A DNA stretch of 64,000 bases, from assembly GCA_937922945.1 (NCBI GenBank), contig CAKZUP010000003.1, positions 6,498 through 70,497 on the forward strand. The letters run 5' to 3'. This document shows, in pieces, positions 1 to 10,232 of the stretch. Made by a program: the position numbers and the translations under genes. Below the pieces are notes generated by a model, which saw only the letters and a program-made list of their open reading frames with translations, searched no databases and had not been told where the DNA came from. Position 1 is the stretch's first letter. Each line of letters starts with the position of its first letter. Source of the DNA: an uncultured Granulosicoccaceae bacterium. GTDB taxonomy: Bacteria; Pseudomonadota; Gammaproteobacteria; Granulosicoccales; Granulosicoccaceae.

Positions 1-1
1 C

Positions 2-205
<204 letters not shown>

Positions 206-263
206 AAGGGTTCAGTTTAGTCCTGTCCAACTAACATGGAATAGCTTGAAGGGCTATCCGAAT

Positions 264-896
264 CTAGTTGCGGCCCATCGCTGTTTTCAACTCGCGATAA
301 CGAATCAGGTCTTCTTCAAACTTAACCGCTACAACGCTTCGTTCTGCCGCTTTTGAATCAATCAAAGACCAGGCATTTTCGATATTGCGTTGAATACTGT
401 GTTGCTCTGCGTACAATGAATCCTGCGCATTCGCTTCACCCCGAGACTTCTCTTGCTGCAGAATGCGCTTGTCTACAACAGACAGACGCTCTGACAATAT
501 ACGAATCCTGTCATCGAGGCGGCTGATCAAACCATCGATCATGCCGATGCGATCGTCGCGTGTTCTGGTCAAGTCTTCTTCGGTTGTAAATGTGGCAAGC
601 AGTGCACGATCACGAATTTTCGCTAGTTCCTTATCGCGCTCGACACGACGGGCTTCACGCCGTTCTTCCCGGCTAAGCACCTCTTTGACAACCACACCTT
701 GCTTAGACAGAATGGCGTGGCCGTTGTCTTGAGCCGAGCTTGGCGCCCTATCCTGATAAGTGGTTAGTCCCGAGTCTTCCCATCGGTAAACCTTACTGGG
801 CGCCGCTTGTTGCGCGTTCACAGCACTGCACAAGACAGTACTGGCAACTGCCAACAAACAGGCTCTAACAGACAGGTGATTTTGGAGCAATTTCAT
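264..896 (-). CDS. DUF4124 domain-containing periplasmic protein with coiled-coil C-terminal part
   Basis: N-terminal signal peptide (LLAVASTVLCSAVNAQQ). A DUF4124-like motif follows (KVYRWEDSGLTTYQDRAP), then a long charged, heptad-like region. Confidence 0.6.
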   Translation of the reverse strand: MKLLQNHLSVRACLLAVASTVLCSAVNAQQAAPSKVYRWEDSGLTTYQDRAPSSAQDNGHAILSKQGVVVKEVLSREERREARRVERDKELAKIRDRALLATFTTEEDLTRTRDDRIGMIDGLISRLDDRIRILSERLSVVDKRILQQEKSRGEANAQDSLYAEQHSIQRNIENAWSLIDSKAAERSVVAVKFEEDLIRYRELKTAMGRN

Positions 897-1071
897 TCAG
901 TTTTCCTGTGGGCTATGTTGAGCTTGCTAGACCAACCACTCATTGGCATAACTTCGATCTGCACATAACAACTCGCTCAACTAGCTATCGTCCAGAAAAA
1001 ATGGCTTTAAAGTTGATGATGATAATTATGTGCGCGGAATCAACTGTTTCACAGGGTGTACAATTCTGCCC

Positions 1072-1851
1072 ATGAGAATAATCACCATAAATGTGAACGG
1101 CATCCGATCTGCCGCTAAAAAGGGCTTTTTTTCATGGCTGGCCCGGCAGAAAGCCGATGTGGTGTGCGTGCAGGAAACCAAGGCCCAGATCGACCAATTG
1201 TCCGACCCTATATTCCACCCTAAGGGCTTTCACTGCTATTACTACGACGCGGTAAAAAAAGGCTATAGCGGCACGGCTATTTACTCACGCGTAGAGCCTG
1301 TAAAAGTGATTCGCGGGCTGGGCATAGACTGGATTGACAATGAAGCCCGCTATTTGGAAGCACAGTTTAATAACGTATGCGTTGTTTCACTGTACATGCC
1401 ATCGGGTTCTAGTGGCGATGTGCGGCAGGGTTTCAAATTTGAAATGATGGACGCGTTCTTGCCGCATTTACAAAAACGCCGCCGTTCGAAGAAATCGCAA
1501 ATTATCTGTGGCGATTGGAACATCGTACACACCGAAAAAGACATTAAAAACTGGAAGAGCAATCAGAAGAATTCTGGTTGCCTGCCAGAAGAACGACAAT
1601 GGCTTACCGATTTATTTACCAAGCACCGCTATGCCGATGCGTTCAGGCAATTACCGCAAAAGGATAACGAATACACTTGGTGGTCTAATCGAGGTCAATC
1701 CTGGGATAAAAACGTCGGCTGGCGTATTGACTATCAAGTCATCAGCAACGATTTGTGCGACAAAGTAAAAGCAACCCGAATCTATCGCACTAAACGATTC
1801 TCAGATCATGCCCCTTTTATCGTTGACTACAATGTCGATATCAACGACTGA
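1072..1851 (+). CDS. xthA: exodeoxyribonuclease III
   Basis: MRIITINVNGIRSA..., DVVCVQETK, GDWNIVHTEKD and SDHAP are typical EEP-fold ExoIII motifs. I prefer the ATG at 1072 to the GTG at 1030 given in the ORF track. Confidence 0.9.
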   Translation: MRIITINVNGIRSAAKKGFFSWLARQKADVVCVQETKAQIDQLSDPIFHPKGFHCYYYDAVKKGYSGTAIYSRVEPVKVIRGLGIDWIDNEARYLEAQFNNVCVVSLYMPSGSSGDVRQGFKFEMMDAFLPHLQKRRRSKKSQIICGDWNIVHTEKDIKNWKSNQKNSGCLPEERQWLTDLFTKHRYADAFRQLPQKDNEYTWWSNRGQSWDKNVGWRIDYQVISNDLCDKVKATRIYRTKRFSDHAPFIVDYNVDIND

Positions 1852-2722
1852 AACAACCCCTAAGTTGTTTGTGTATGCGGTGCTGTTGTTTGGTATCAGC
1901 TGCTCGGCCATTTCGTTTGTTTTCATTCGAGAAAGTGTGGAACGCTCTATCATGCTGGCAGCATGGAGGGTGTTGCTGGCAGCACTACTCCTAATGCCGC
2001 TGTATATACACGCCAGACGTCAACACGGCGATGTTGGCTTCATTGATACCATCAAGCGCTCTTTATTGCCGGGCATTATTCTATCGGTACACTTTATTAC
2101 CTGGGTAGCAGGAGCGCGCTTGACCCCCGGCGCTAATGCAACCTTAGTGGTTAATTTAATGCCTATGGTCATGCCGTTTTTTATGTACTTTATCTACCGT
2201 GAAAAACTGCAGCGGAGTGAATGGCTGGCAACCGCGCTCGCCATGATCGGCATTGTCATTTTATCGTTTAATGATGTGAACATTAACCAGCAACATTTCA
2301 ATGGCGATATGCTTTGTTTTGTTTCCATGATCCTGTTTGCGGCCTACCTGGCGCTGGCACGGAATAATCTGGAATCAGTCGCCAGTGTCTGGCTATACGT
2401 TGTACCGATGTACGCTGTTGCCGGGCTTTGCTCATTGCTGGTGGCAGCTGCCACGGGCCCGATCATACCCACATTCGAATGGTACAACGTCACCATGGTG
2501 GTTCTGCTTGCGGCAATATCCACGGTGATTGGTCACACGGCCTTGAACTACGCAATGGAGAAGTTAAGCGGACAAACCGTTACGCTGATGAACATGTTGC
2601 AGTTCGTGGTCGCAGGTATAGCAGGGTTTTTAATTTATAACGAAATTCCAACACCCTTGTTTTATGTTGCCGGTGCGTTCATCGTGGCAGGACTGCTGCT
2701 TGTGGTCAGTTATAAAAAATAG
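1808..2722 (+). CDS. EamA/DMT-family transporter
   Basis: About 10 predicted TM helices in two EamA-like halves. The start is uncertain: ATG 1808 or ATG 1832. Both overlap the xthA 3' end. Confidence 0.75.
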   Translation: MPLLSLTTMSISTTETTPKLFVYAVLLFGISCSAISFVFIRESVERSIMLAAWRVLLAALLLMPLYIHARRQHGDVGFIDTIKRSLLPGIILSVHFITWVAGARLTPGANATLVVNLMPMVMPFFMYFIYREKLQRSEWLATALAMIGIVILSFNDVNINQQHFNGDMLCFVSMILFAAYLALARNNLESVASVWLYVVPMYAVAGLCSLLVAAATGPIIPTFEWYNVTMVVLLAAISTVIGHTALNYAMEKLSGQTVTLMNMLQFVVAGIAGFLIYNEIPTPLFYVAGAFIVAGLLLVVSYKK

Positions 2723-2771
2723 CTTCGTGGTTTTGACTACACAGCATTCAACCTTAGCCAAGCAGTAAGAA

Positions 2772-3263
2772 TCAGACTGATTCTTCGCGAGAGATGCGCC
2801 GCAATGGTAACCCATCACTTTCCCCACGATACCAATCCATGGCCAATGCCAATGCTTCATGCAGCTCCAGGATATCGGCACGCGTTGAACGGCTGATCTG
2901 CAAGGGCATCGCTTCGTTGGCGAGCACCACCTCAAGGCTGTACTTCGCTTGCATAACGAACGCCACAAACGAAGACACCAACAGCAGCACCACACAAAGT
3001 GCCAACAACACCCAGTTTAACGCCAATGGCTGTACCTTATCGACAATTCTAAGCACCTGCCAAATAGTTAAAAAAATGGATACCACAAAAACAATACCCG
3101 CCGCGATGCGCGGAGGCATTTGTGCACGTAAGGTCAGTTTTTGAATGTATCGACAAGCGTAGCTGGTGTTTTTAACTTCCAGCCATGAAGGGGTAACCGT
3201 AATTCTTTTGCGCTGATAAAGCACTTCTTCATCAGGTAATGATCGCGACGCAATCGATTGCAT
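2772..3263 (-). CDS. hypothetical membrane protein (PH-like N-terminal segment plus two TM helices)
   Basis: The ORF has two clear hydrophobic helices (IAAGIVFVVSIFLTIW; WVLLALCVVLLLVSSFVAFV). Its start overlaps the upstream stop in TAATG, which implies translational coupling. No family was recognised with confidence. Confidence 0.5.
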   Translation of the reverse strand: MQSIASRSLPDEEVLYQRKRITVTPSWLEVKNTSYACRYIQKLTLRAQMPPRIAAGIVFVVSIFLTIWQVLRIVDKVQPLALNWVLLALCVVLLLVSSFVAFVMQAKYSLEVVLANEAMPLQISRSTRADILELHEALALAMDWYRGESDGLPLRRISREESV

Positions 3264-3823
3264 TAATGCAGTACCGGCGGTGGCTCAGGTAAGTCGTCTG
3301 AGTCGTCATAGTCATCAAAGTCGTCAAATTCATCGCCGATTACTTCTTCGGGCTCGTGGGAGGAATGATGCAGCAACATACGCCAGCCTCCGTCTTCCAG
3401 ATGATAAATATTGGTCGACACCATGACGCTAACGAGCTGCCCATCGAGTTCGATTTCCTCACGTACCAGATGAATAGCCAGACCATCGCTTTCTGTTTGC
3501 AGTGCATCGGAAATAGAGAAGCCGATAGACGGTGACTGGGCAAACATATCGGAAAAACTTTCGAGCACCTGAGCACGACCCTCGATGCGATTTGCACCTG
3601 GGTGAATACAGACAATGTTGTCGTCCAGAGACCAAACGCGACTTAGCGCTTGCAAGTCGCCACGTTCAATAGCCTCGTAAAAGGCAATTTCCGCTTCCTC
3701 TGGTGTATTGAACTTTTCAGTCACTGAATAAGCTACGTTAGTGGATAGATTGCCATGATACCGCAGATGACGCTGTGTCCACCGGCTGAATAAAGACAGA
3801 TTGGCGCCCAATTGTGAGGACAC
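3263..3823 (-). CDS. SnoaL/NTF2-like (DUF4440-type) protein with poly-acidic C-terminal tail
   Basis: AEIAFYEAIERGDLQALSRVWSLDDNIVCIHPG...GRAQVLESF is typical of NTF2-like proteins. The C-terminus is EEVIGDEFDDFDDYDDSDDLPEPP. The 3823 start is GTG. An alternative GTG at 3724 would give MTEKFNTPEEAE... Confidence 0.6.
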   Translation of the reverse strand: MSSQLGANLSLFSRWTQRHLRYHGNLSTNVAYSVTEKFNTPEEAEIAFYEAIERGDLQALSRVWSLDDNIVCIHPGANRIEGRAQVLESFSDMFAQSPSIGFSISDALQTESDGLAIHLVREEIELDGQLVSVMVSTNIYHLEDGGWRMLLHHSSHEPEEVIGDEFDDFDDYDDSDDLPEPPPVLH

Positions 3824-3845
3824 CCGACGACTACGGTATTCGGGG

Positions 3846-4670
3846 CTACTCGCTGCTTAAATAATCGCGCCAGTTATGGGTTTCATCACCAAACACCATA
3901 AAATGCGGATTCAGAAAAGACTCGCGTGTGTTGTATTCAAGCTGTTGAAAATCGGTATCGGTAATACGCCCACCGGCTTCCTCAACGATGCACTGTGCAG
4001 CACCGGTATCCCATTCAGATGTGGGGCCCAGACGAACGTATACGTCTGCAACTCCTTCGGCAACCAGACACGATTTAAGCGATGAACCCATCGGCACTTC
4101 CTGATGATCTCCAAGCTTGTCCAAAAACGCTTTAAGCCGTTTGTTCACGCTAGGGCAACGACTACGGGCAACGATAAGCTCACCAGCACCACCAGGCGCT
4201 TGTCTAACGTGGATGGGCTCAGCGGCTTGCTGGCCAGTCTGCTTCCACGCACCATTACCCACGCTTGCGTAGTAACAAACATCGAGAACCGGTGCCGATA
4301 CCACCCCTAAAACCGGCTTTCCGTCCGAGATAAGGGCAATATTTACGGAAAATTCGCCGTTGCGGCGGATAAATTCACGCGTACCATCCAACGGGTCGAC
4401 TAACCAGAAATGGGGCCACTGATGCCGCTGGGCAAAAGGTACCGGCTCGGATTCTTCTGAAATAATGGGCAATCCGACAGGTAGTTTTTGCAGCGCATCA
4501 ACAATAATGCGATCGGCATCCAAATCGGCCGTGGTCACAGGCGTACTGTCAGCCTTGTACGTGACGCTGTAATCGGCTTCGTACACTTCAACGATTCGTT
4601 GGCCTGCAAGACGGGCAATGTCGAGGGCCTGCTGCGTTAACTGTTTTATGGTTTCTCGGTCGAGAAGCAT
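3846..4670 (-). CDS. cysQ: 3'(2'),5'-bisphosphate nucleotidase
   Basis: Inositol-monophosphatase-fold motifs are present: ISEES, WLVDPLDGTREF and WDTGAAQ. The length is about 274 aa. Confidence 0.85.
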   Translation of the reverse strand: MLLDRETIKQLTQQALDIARLAGQRIVEVYEADYSVTYKADSTPVTTADLDADRIIVDALQKLPVGLPIISEESEPVPFAQRHQWPHFWLVDPLDGTREFIRRNGEFSVNIALISDGKPVLGVVSAPVLDVCYYASVGNGAWKQTGQQAAEPIHVRQAPGGAGELIVARSRCPSVNKRLKAFLDKLGDHQEVPMGSSLKSCLVAEGVADVYVRLGPTSEWDTGAAQCIVEEAGGRITDTDFQQLEYNTRESFLNPHFMVFGDETHNWRDYLSSE

Positions 4671-4813
4671 CCTAGGTCTTCCGGTCGCTTACTTCAATAC
4701 TAGCGGACAACGGATGAAATGTTTGACCATAGCAGTGTGCAACAACGCCCAACTCACAAATCTCCTGTATCCAACGCAGCCCCGGGTTCCGTTCAATCCG
4801 GTTTCACGATGCT

Positions 4814-5611
4814 CTACGTTCCTTGATTGATATTGCCGTTGTGCTGAACGCGATAACGCCCACCGCCATCTGGCCTGGTGAATCGCTGCAATACCTGTAA
4901 TAGCTCCTGCGACGCGTTAGCTGCTGGCGATAGAAGCAGATTAGTGTTGTAGTCGCCGTTGGTTGCCAACACAACATTCCCGTCTATGGCCAGATCGCCG
5001 CCTTTGGACAATAACGTAATTCTGTGAGTTGCGTCGTCTTGCGGCTCTATATTGATATCGAACTGACCCAGACCCACTTTTATTTCAGGCCCATAAATTC
5101 GTGTTGTTACTATTGCGTTATTCCAGATCAGCTGGCCACTGATGGTTTCCAATAGCTGATTAACTATGGCGACTTTATCGAAGTTACCCGTAATCTTACC
5201 GCTGAATTCGGTGACTGGCGCCGGCAACAATACTTCAAGCTGTTTTGATTCAACGTTAAAGTCGACATCGGATACATTGATATCGCCGTTCCATTGCCTT
5301 CTTACTTGTGCTTCACCACCACCACCGTAACCGGCAAAGGTAACGTCTGCACCTGCACCGCCTTTGAGTAAAGCCGCAGGCGCAAGCTTCCAGGTAACAT
5401 CCTGAAATTCCAAGGGCAGCAGATCGTCGGCATATTTGGCATTGGAAACCTTACCGCTATACAGCTTTCCAGTAACACCTGTAAGTTCGACCGGTTTAAT
5501 TTTCGGTTTTAAAGGTTCGATTAGCGGTGCCGCAGGGTATAGAAATACCAACACAACCATGGTGACAAGGTAGGCAAGCAAGCCAAGTAAAACCAAGCGC
5601 ACTACGCGCAT
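4814..5611 (-). CDS. gspN: type II secretion system protein N
   Basis: Last gene of the gsp block. It has a single N-terminal TM helix, is about 265 aa, and its start overlaps the gspM stop (TGATG). Confidence 0.7.
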   Translation of the reverse strand: MRVVRLVLLGLLAYLVTMVVLVFLYPAAPLIEPLKPKIKPVELTGVTGKLYSGKVSNAKYADDLLPLEFQDVTWKLAPAALLKGGAGADVTFAGYGGGGEAQVRRQWNGDINVSDVDFNVESKQLEVLLPAPVTEFSGKITGNFDKVAIVNQLLETISGQLIWNNAIVTTRIYGPEIKVGLGQFDINIEPQDDATHRITLLSKGGDLAIDGNVVLATNGDYNTNLLLSPAANASQELLQVLQRFTRPDGGGRYRVQHNGNINQGT

Positions 5612-6093
5612 CAGTTTTTCTCCATGTTGAATCGGGCGCTAACCATGCCTTGATTTTTGTTACTGCGCGTAACGTTTAGCGTATCAACACTCAGGCCATA
5701 CAGTTCAAGCTCAGCGAGTACCAGAACGAGCTTATCGAATTCCACTTCAGAGAATTGTACCCGCGCACCGTTCTCACCCCGTGGCTCTACGCGGTCTGGA
5801 CTGCCTAAACCAGCCGCACGAATGCGTTCATCGATAAGCGCGTACGGTGGTTTTCCGCCATCGTCTCGTTGATTGCTCGCTCCTGCAGGATTCAGTTGCC
5901 GCAGTGTAGCGGCACTGACTTCCATTTTTTGTAGGGTTTCGTTTTTGGTATTTAACAGCACGCGATTATCGTTCAACCCGGTGGCTATAGGGTGCCACAC
6001 AAACGCATACAGTAAGCCGATAATGGTTATCACACCCAGAACGAGAACAACCATTCGGTCTCGCGGTGTTTGTCTTAGATACCAGTCTTTCAT
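5611..6093 (-). CDS. gspM: type II secretion system protein M
   Basis: 160 aa with one N-terminal TM helix (MVVLVLGVITIIGLLYAFVW). It sits between gspL and gspN. Confidence 0.8.
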   Translation of the reverse strand: MKDWYLRQTPRDRMVVLVLGVITIIGLLYAFVWHPIATGLNDNRVLLNTKNETLQKMEVSAATLRQLNPAGASNQRDDGGKPPYALIDERIRAAGLGSPDRVEPRGENGARVQFSEVEFDKLVLVLAELELYGLSVDTLNVTRSNKNQGMVSARFNMEKN

Positions 6094-6117
6094 TTCAATT
6101 AGCTATACAGTTTGCTG

Positions 6118-7353
6118 TTATTCAATTCGGATACGACCACGTAAACCATCTCTTTCCTGATTCGTTGACTGTATCGTCATAACCAGTTCGCCTCGTTTGG
6201 CGAGCTCACTTTTCAATAAATCTAATGTGGGTATGGCATCGGTTGTAAGATCAAGATCGAATCGACCTTCTCGAAAATTCACTGAACGAAGCGTTGTTTG
6301 CGGCTGAGTCGCAAGGCTTGCCGCAATTTGACTCAGTTGGCTATTAAAGCCACCCACGTTGCCACCACTGCGTTTCTTTATTTCGTTTTGCATTTGCGAC
6401 AATGGACGAACCATTCGCGAGCCGGGCAATGCTTGCTGAAACACCTGTTCCATTTTTCTATCCAGCACAGCAACTTCGCTGCTCAGCTGTCGATATTCCA
6501 GCCATTTACCGGCAATAAGTAAAGCGCCCAATGCGGCTGCCAACACCATGGTCCAGCGCCACGGCTTCCAGTTTTTATCAAATTGAGTTTTGGGGCTGTA
6601 GTCGCCCTGTAGCAAATTAATACGCGGCGCATTGGCCAAACCGCTGGCGTATAAACTTAACCGGCTATCGCATGCGCGAGTTTCTACATCCATGTTATCC
6701 ACGCTCGGTAACGATGCACCTGCGTCGGTTTTATAAACGATCATGGCGGCACTGGTATCTTCAGGCAAATCTTTCTGCGCACCATCGAGCATAATGCCAG
6801 CCATGGAATTGTCGATGGCGAAACCCTTATAGCCATTTAAGCGAACCACCGCGTTCTGCTTATCTACTAATGCAGTCCATGTGGTTTGATCCATTTCTTC
6901 TGAATCAAACTTTGGCAACGCCAGCGTCTCAGGGACAATTTCTGTTGGCCGCAAACCCGCGTTGGCACATTGCTCCCGCACTGTATCCATTGCGTCGCGA
7001 CCAACAACGGCAACCGGGTAATTGTCGGTTTTACCTTTCGAGCCCACAGCAAAATGCAAGGAGTCAACGTCGTCGGCAACCAGATCTTCCAGTTGATAGG
7101 GAATAGCTTGCAAGGCGCGCGAGGCGGATGCGCCGGGTATGATGGCCTCGGCTAATAACACATCGTTACCAGGTAGAACCAAAGTTGCACGGCGGCTCTC
7201 AACCTGCGCAGCGGCTTGCTCAAGCGTGCCGCTTTGCACCTCTGAGGTAAGCGCACCGCGATCGTCAGCCATAGCCCAATGCACATGGTCTTCGCCGATA
7301 ACCGGTAAATGTATAATGACGTTCTTGGCCAATGCCCTGCTTTCCTGGGTCAT
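6118..7353 (-). CDS. gspL: type II secretion system protein L
   Basis: 411 aa. It has a cytoplasmic actin-like N-domain, a central TM helix (WTMVLAAALGALLIAG) and a periplasmic C-domain. It holds the canonical position in the gsp order. Confidence 0.85.
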   Translation of the reverse strand: MTQESRALAKNVIIHLPVIGEDHVHWAMADDRGALTSEVQSGTLEQAAAQVESRRATLVLPGNDVLLAEAIIPGASASRALQAIPYQLEDLVADDVDSLHFAVGSKGKTDNYPVAVVGRDAMDTVREQCANAGLRPTEIVPETLALPKFDSEEMDQTTWTALVDKQNAVVRLNGYKGFAIDNSMAGIMLDGAQKDLPEDTSAAMIVYKTDAGASLPSVDNMDVETRACDSRLSLYASGLANAPRINLLQGDYSPKTQFDKNWKPWRWTMVLAAALGALLIAGKWLEYRQLSSEVAVLDRKMEQVFQQALPGSRMVRPLSQMQNEIKKRSGGNVGGFNSQLSQIAASLATQPQTTLRSVNFREGRFDLDLTTDAIPTLDLLKSELAKRGELVMTIQSTNQERDGLRGRIRIE

Positions 7354-7492
7354 GTGTGCGACGAATCGCTACACGCTAATTAAACGTTTTACCTGTGCCT
7401 GAACTACAAGCCAAACACTGTGCCAAATGGCCGAAAAGCCACAGACACGTTCTTCATTCTTGCCGTCTTGTCCGCTTGCCATCTCTTTCTGC

Positions 7493-8578
7493 TTACAAGG
7501 TGTCTCTGGCTCGGAAAATCACGCGTGATCGCCCTGAGTCGTCACGCTCAAGTAACGAATACTGAGTTAGCCGAGCGTTTTCTCCGGCAACATCCACTCG
7601 TATCTGAAAATACCGAGAGCTCACCGAAATACTGTTCGGCGGTACCACTTCCTCACCTGTGTCGGCGGCCGCCTCGGCTATAAATTCGTTTACAAACAAA
7701 TACGGTTCCAGCTCTTCATCCTGTGCCAGCGCATCGGGTGCACTCTCTTCAGCATCGAGATCGAAGATATCCTCGCACTCGGGGTAATCTTCATACTTAC
7801 CGGTATCCCAACGGGACAAGCCGGCACCCAGCGGCTGTAAAAATTCGGACAACGAGGCAACCACTTCCGGGGTAGCGGTATTCACATTGACCTGTGTTGG
7901 CCCGCCATCTACCGGCAACGCTGCCACATGTGGCAGCAATAATTCATAATCGTCTTTCTCTTCGGCAACCGACGGGCTGAAACCCTTTACCAACTGTAAC
8001 TCGCTAACCGATGTAAACGGCGCATTGGTTGTGCGATAGGCCGGATCTAAGCCGGTGTAATAATCATCTTCCGCACCTTCCGGAATTGTTGCATTCAAAT
8101 CGGTATCAACCCAATCGACGATGGCATCGGCTTTGGCTTGCTCTATACCCAACTCGCCGAGCAGGCGTTTCAAAATATCAAACTGCACTGGGTCGGCAGC
8201 GCCCTCGGCATTGATTATATTATTCAGATTGAAGCGACCTTGCATGTCCACTATGCAACCTTGCAGCGTCATATCATCAATTGTGATGGGCGGAATGGTT
8301 TGCGCCCAGTCGTCATCAAGTGAATCTGTGTTCTCACGCAGGCCCGCTTCATGATCAAGAAATAACAAAGCGGCAGCAAACTGCTCGCCACTGGTGGCAA
8401 AACTACGCGCGTTCTGAATCAGCGCTTCATTTTGCTCCCGCGTCAAATCAAGTTGCTGACGACTTGTCATCGCTACTACAGTTATAGTCCCTAAAGCGAC
8501 AACCAACATGGCTGTTATGATCGCAACACCCTTTTGCCGCGTTTTTCTGGCTGTTATTTTTTGCGATTGATAACCCAT
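7493..8578 (-). CDS. gspK: type II secretion minor pseudopilin K
   Basis: The N-terminus QKGVAIITAMLVVAL is pseudopilin-like without the Phe+1 and Glu+5 residues. The size and the VNVNTA motif are typical of GspK. Confidence 0.9.
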   Translation of the reverse strand: MGYQSQKITARKTRQKGVAIITAMLVVALGTITVVAMTSRQQLDLTREQNEALIQNARSFATSGEQFAAALLFLDHEAGLRENTDSLDDDWAQTIPPITIDDMTLQGCIVDMQGRFNLNNIINAEGAADPVQFDILKRLLGELGIEQAKADAIVDWVDTDLNATIPEGAEDDYYTGLDPAYRTTNAPFTSVSELQLVKGFSPSVAEEKDDYELLLPHVAALPVDGGPTQVNVNTATPEVVASLSEFLQPLGAGLSRWDTGKYEDYPECEDIFDLDAEESAPDALAQDEELEPYLFVNEFIAEAAADTGEEVVPPNSISVSSRYFQIRVDVAGENARLTQYSLLERDDSGRSRVIFRARDTL

Positions 8579-8580
8579 AA

Positions 8581-9261
8581 CTAACCAGGCAACCCGAAAA
8601 CGCGCACGACAGAGCCGAGATCATTCAAAATAAACGTGAATTCCAGTGCTCTGGGCAGGCCGGGATCTTCTTCTACATTCAACGGTGGCCATTGCTCTTG
8701 CCAACTGCCTTCAGGATCCATAAACCGAATCGTCAATTCTTCGACACCGCTAAGCAATTGACGACGTTTTGTTGGCGTCTCTTCCAGCGAATCCAGGTGA
8801 TACCAGTAACTCCTGAGTAACTTATCGTCTTCAAGAGAATAGGACACTCTTTGCAGAGATGATCTGGCAGGCATGATATCCGCCGCCGGATTTGCCCAAC
8901 CTGCTCGGGTCAAATCAAATAGCGACACGCCAGTCAGGTTGTATTGAAACGCCGGGAGTAAAGAATCGACAGGCGAGCGCACCGGTCGGTCAATAATTTG
9001 AGTGATGTCTTCGGCCAACCAATAAAACGTACGTTGCAATTCAGTTAGCCGATCGGACTGCGCCTCCACACGGGCACGGGCGCCGGTAATCTGCTGCAAC
9101 ATAGTGAAGCCTGCGGAGCCGATAATTGCCAGCAGAAACGTGGCTACCAAAACCTCTATCAGTGTAAAACCCAGCACTTGTCTGCGGTTTTTTTTAACTG
9201 AAGCTTTTTCTGAAGCTTTTATTGAAGCTTTTATTGAAGCTATGTGCCGTTGCCTGCTCAT
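8581..9261 (-). CDS. gspJ: type II secretion minor pseudopilin J (unusually long, repeat-containing leader)
   Basis: Prepilin site G|FTLIEVLVA, with GspJ size and position. About 31 aa precede the cleavage Gly and include IKAS-IKAS-EKAS-VKK. Confidence 0.85.
   Translation of the reverse strand: MSRQRHIASIKASIKASEKASVKKNRRQVLGFTLIEVLVATFLLAIIGSAGFTMLQQITGARARVEAQSDRLTELQRTFYWLAEDITQIIDRPVRSPVDSLLPAFQYNLTGVSLFDLTRAGWANPAADIMPARSSLQRVSYSLEDDKLLRSYWYHLDSLEETPTKRRQLLSGVEELTIRFMDPEGSWQEQWPPLNVEEDPGLPRALEFTFILNDLGSVVRVFGLPG
9198..9245. repeat. 12-bp tandem repeat x4 (CTGAAGCTTTTT / CTGAAGCTTTTA / TTGAAGCTTTTA / TTGAAGCTATGT) inside the gspJ leader-coding region
   Basis: Read directly from the sequence. 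It is in frame and encodes the (I/E)KAS repeats. Each unit carries AAGCT(T). Confidence 0.9.
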
Positions 9262-9263
9262 GT

Positions 9264-9650
9264 TCAGAATCGGTGCTTTGGATCGCCGGCGAAACCGGTA
9301 ACCGAATAAATGTAGCCGTCTGAATCCTGATTCAGCCTCACTTCAATATCCATGCGACGCAAACCAAGGTTTTCATTTTTGGTTCGTGTGCGAACGTACC
9401 AGGTTTGTTTAACCATCTCTACTTCGGTATTTTTTGCACCCAGATCGGGCCAGCCTGGCAAGGCTTGCAATGTGTTGAGATGATTGGTTGCGACCCATCG
9501 TGCCACTTCACGCTCACGTAACTTCCCGCTTCTAAACGTACTGGCTGCTGACGCAGAAACCAATGCTGTTACACCGACAGCCAGAATCGTCATGGCAACC
9601 AGCACTTCAACCAGCGTAAACCCACGCACATTTTTAATTGGAGAACGCAC
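9264..9650 (-). CDS. gspI: type II secretion minor pseudopilin I
   Basis: Prepilin motif RG|FTLVEVLVAMTILAVG. 128 aa, in the canonical position. Confidence 0.9.
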   Translation of the reverse strand: MRSPIKNVRGFTLVEVLVAMTILAVGVTALVSASAASTFRSGKLREREVARWVATNHLNTLQALPGWPDLGAKNTEVEMVKQTWYVRTRTKNENLGLRRMDIEVRLNQDSDGYIYSVTGFAGDPKHRF

Positions 9651-10198
9651 TAGTTCAGCGACTCCATTACCACAGGCACAACTTCTCCGGTTGCTATGGC
9701 GTATTCGTGCTCGCCTTCTGAATCCGCCATAATGATGCGAAAGTCCGGCATCATCTCGCCATTGGATAAGAACATTACGTGCGGCTTTATAGGGTCTTCA
9801 TCGGTTACGTTGGCGATTTCATCCTCAAGCTCTTCCAACACAATGGGTATGCCTGAAATATCAACACGAAATTCCATATCGACGGGTATTTCACGAAATT
9901 TCAATCGGTCGTCTTCGAGTATGGTCCATTCACCCTCGCCAGCTTCATTAGCGGTGAGAATGTAAAACTCATAGCTTTTGGGGTGGAAGCGGATACCCAG
10001 CTGTTGTCGGGAATAAATCGCCTGATCGGATGCCAGCTCCATGAGCAGCTGAGTGCGAAGCGCATTGTCTCGCATGGTTGTGCCGGTGTTGTTAAAGTCG
10101 ATTCTTAGCACCACGGCGCCCACCATAATCGCAATAATGGCCACCACAACCATAATTTCGATGAGGGTAAACCCAGCTGATTTTCGTGCAGTTTGCAC
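9650..10198 (-). CDS. gspH: type II secretion minor pseudopilin H
   Basis: Prepilin motif SAG|FTLIEIMVVVAIIAIM. 182 aa, in the canonical position. Confidence 0.9.
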   Translation of the reverse strand: MQTARKSAGFTLIEIMVVVAIIAIMVGAVVLRIDFNNTGTTMRDNALRTQLLMELASDQAIYSRQQLGIRFHPKSYEFYILTANEAGEGEWTILEDDRLKFREIPVDMEFRVDISGIPIVLEELEDEIANVTDEDPIKPHVMFLSNGEMMPDFRIIMADSEGEHEYAIATGEVVPVVMESLN

Positions 10199-10232
10199 GT
10201 GAGCGCCTCGGATAAAATCTCAGGCCGTTTGA

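Noticed and set aside
7354-7492. The 139-bp gap between gspK and gspL as a possible hidden small gene or regulatory RNA.
   Set aside because: There is no ORF with an SD and no strong secondary structure or repeat. It is probably just an internal spacer or promoter.
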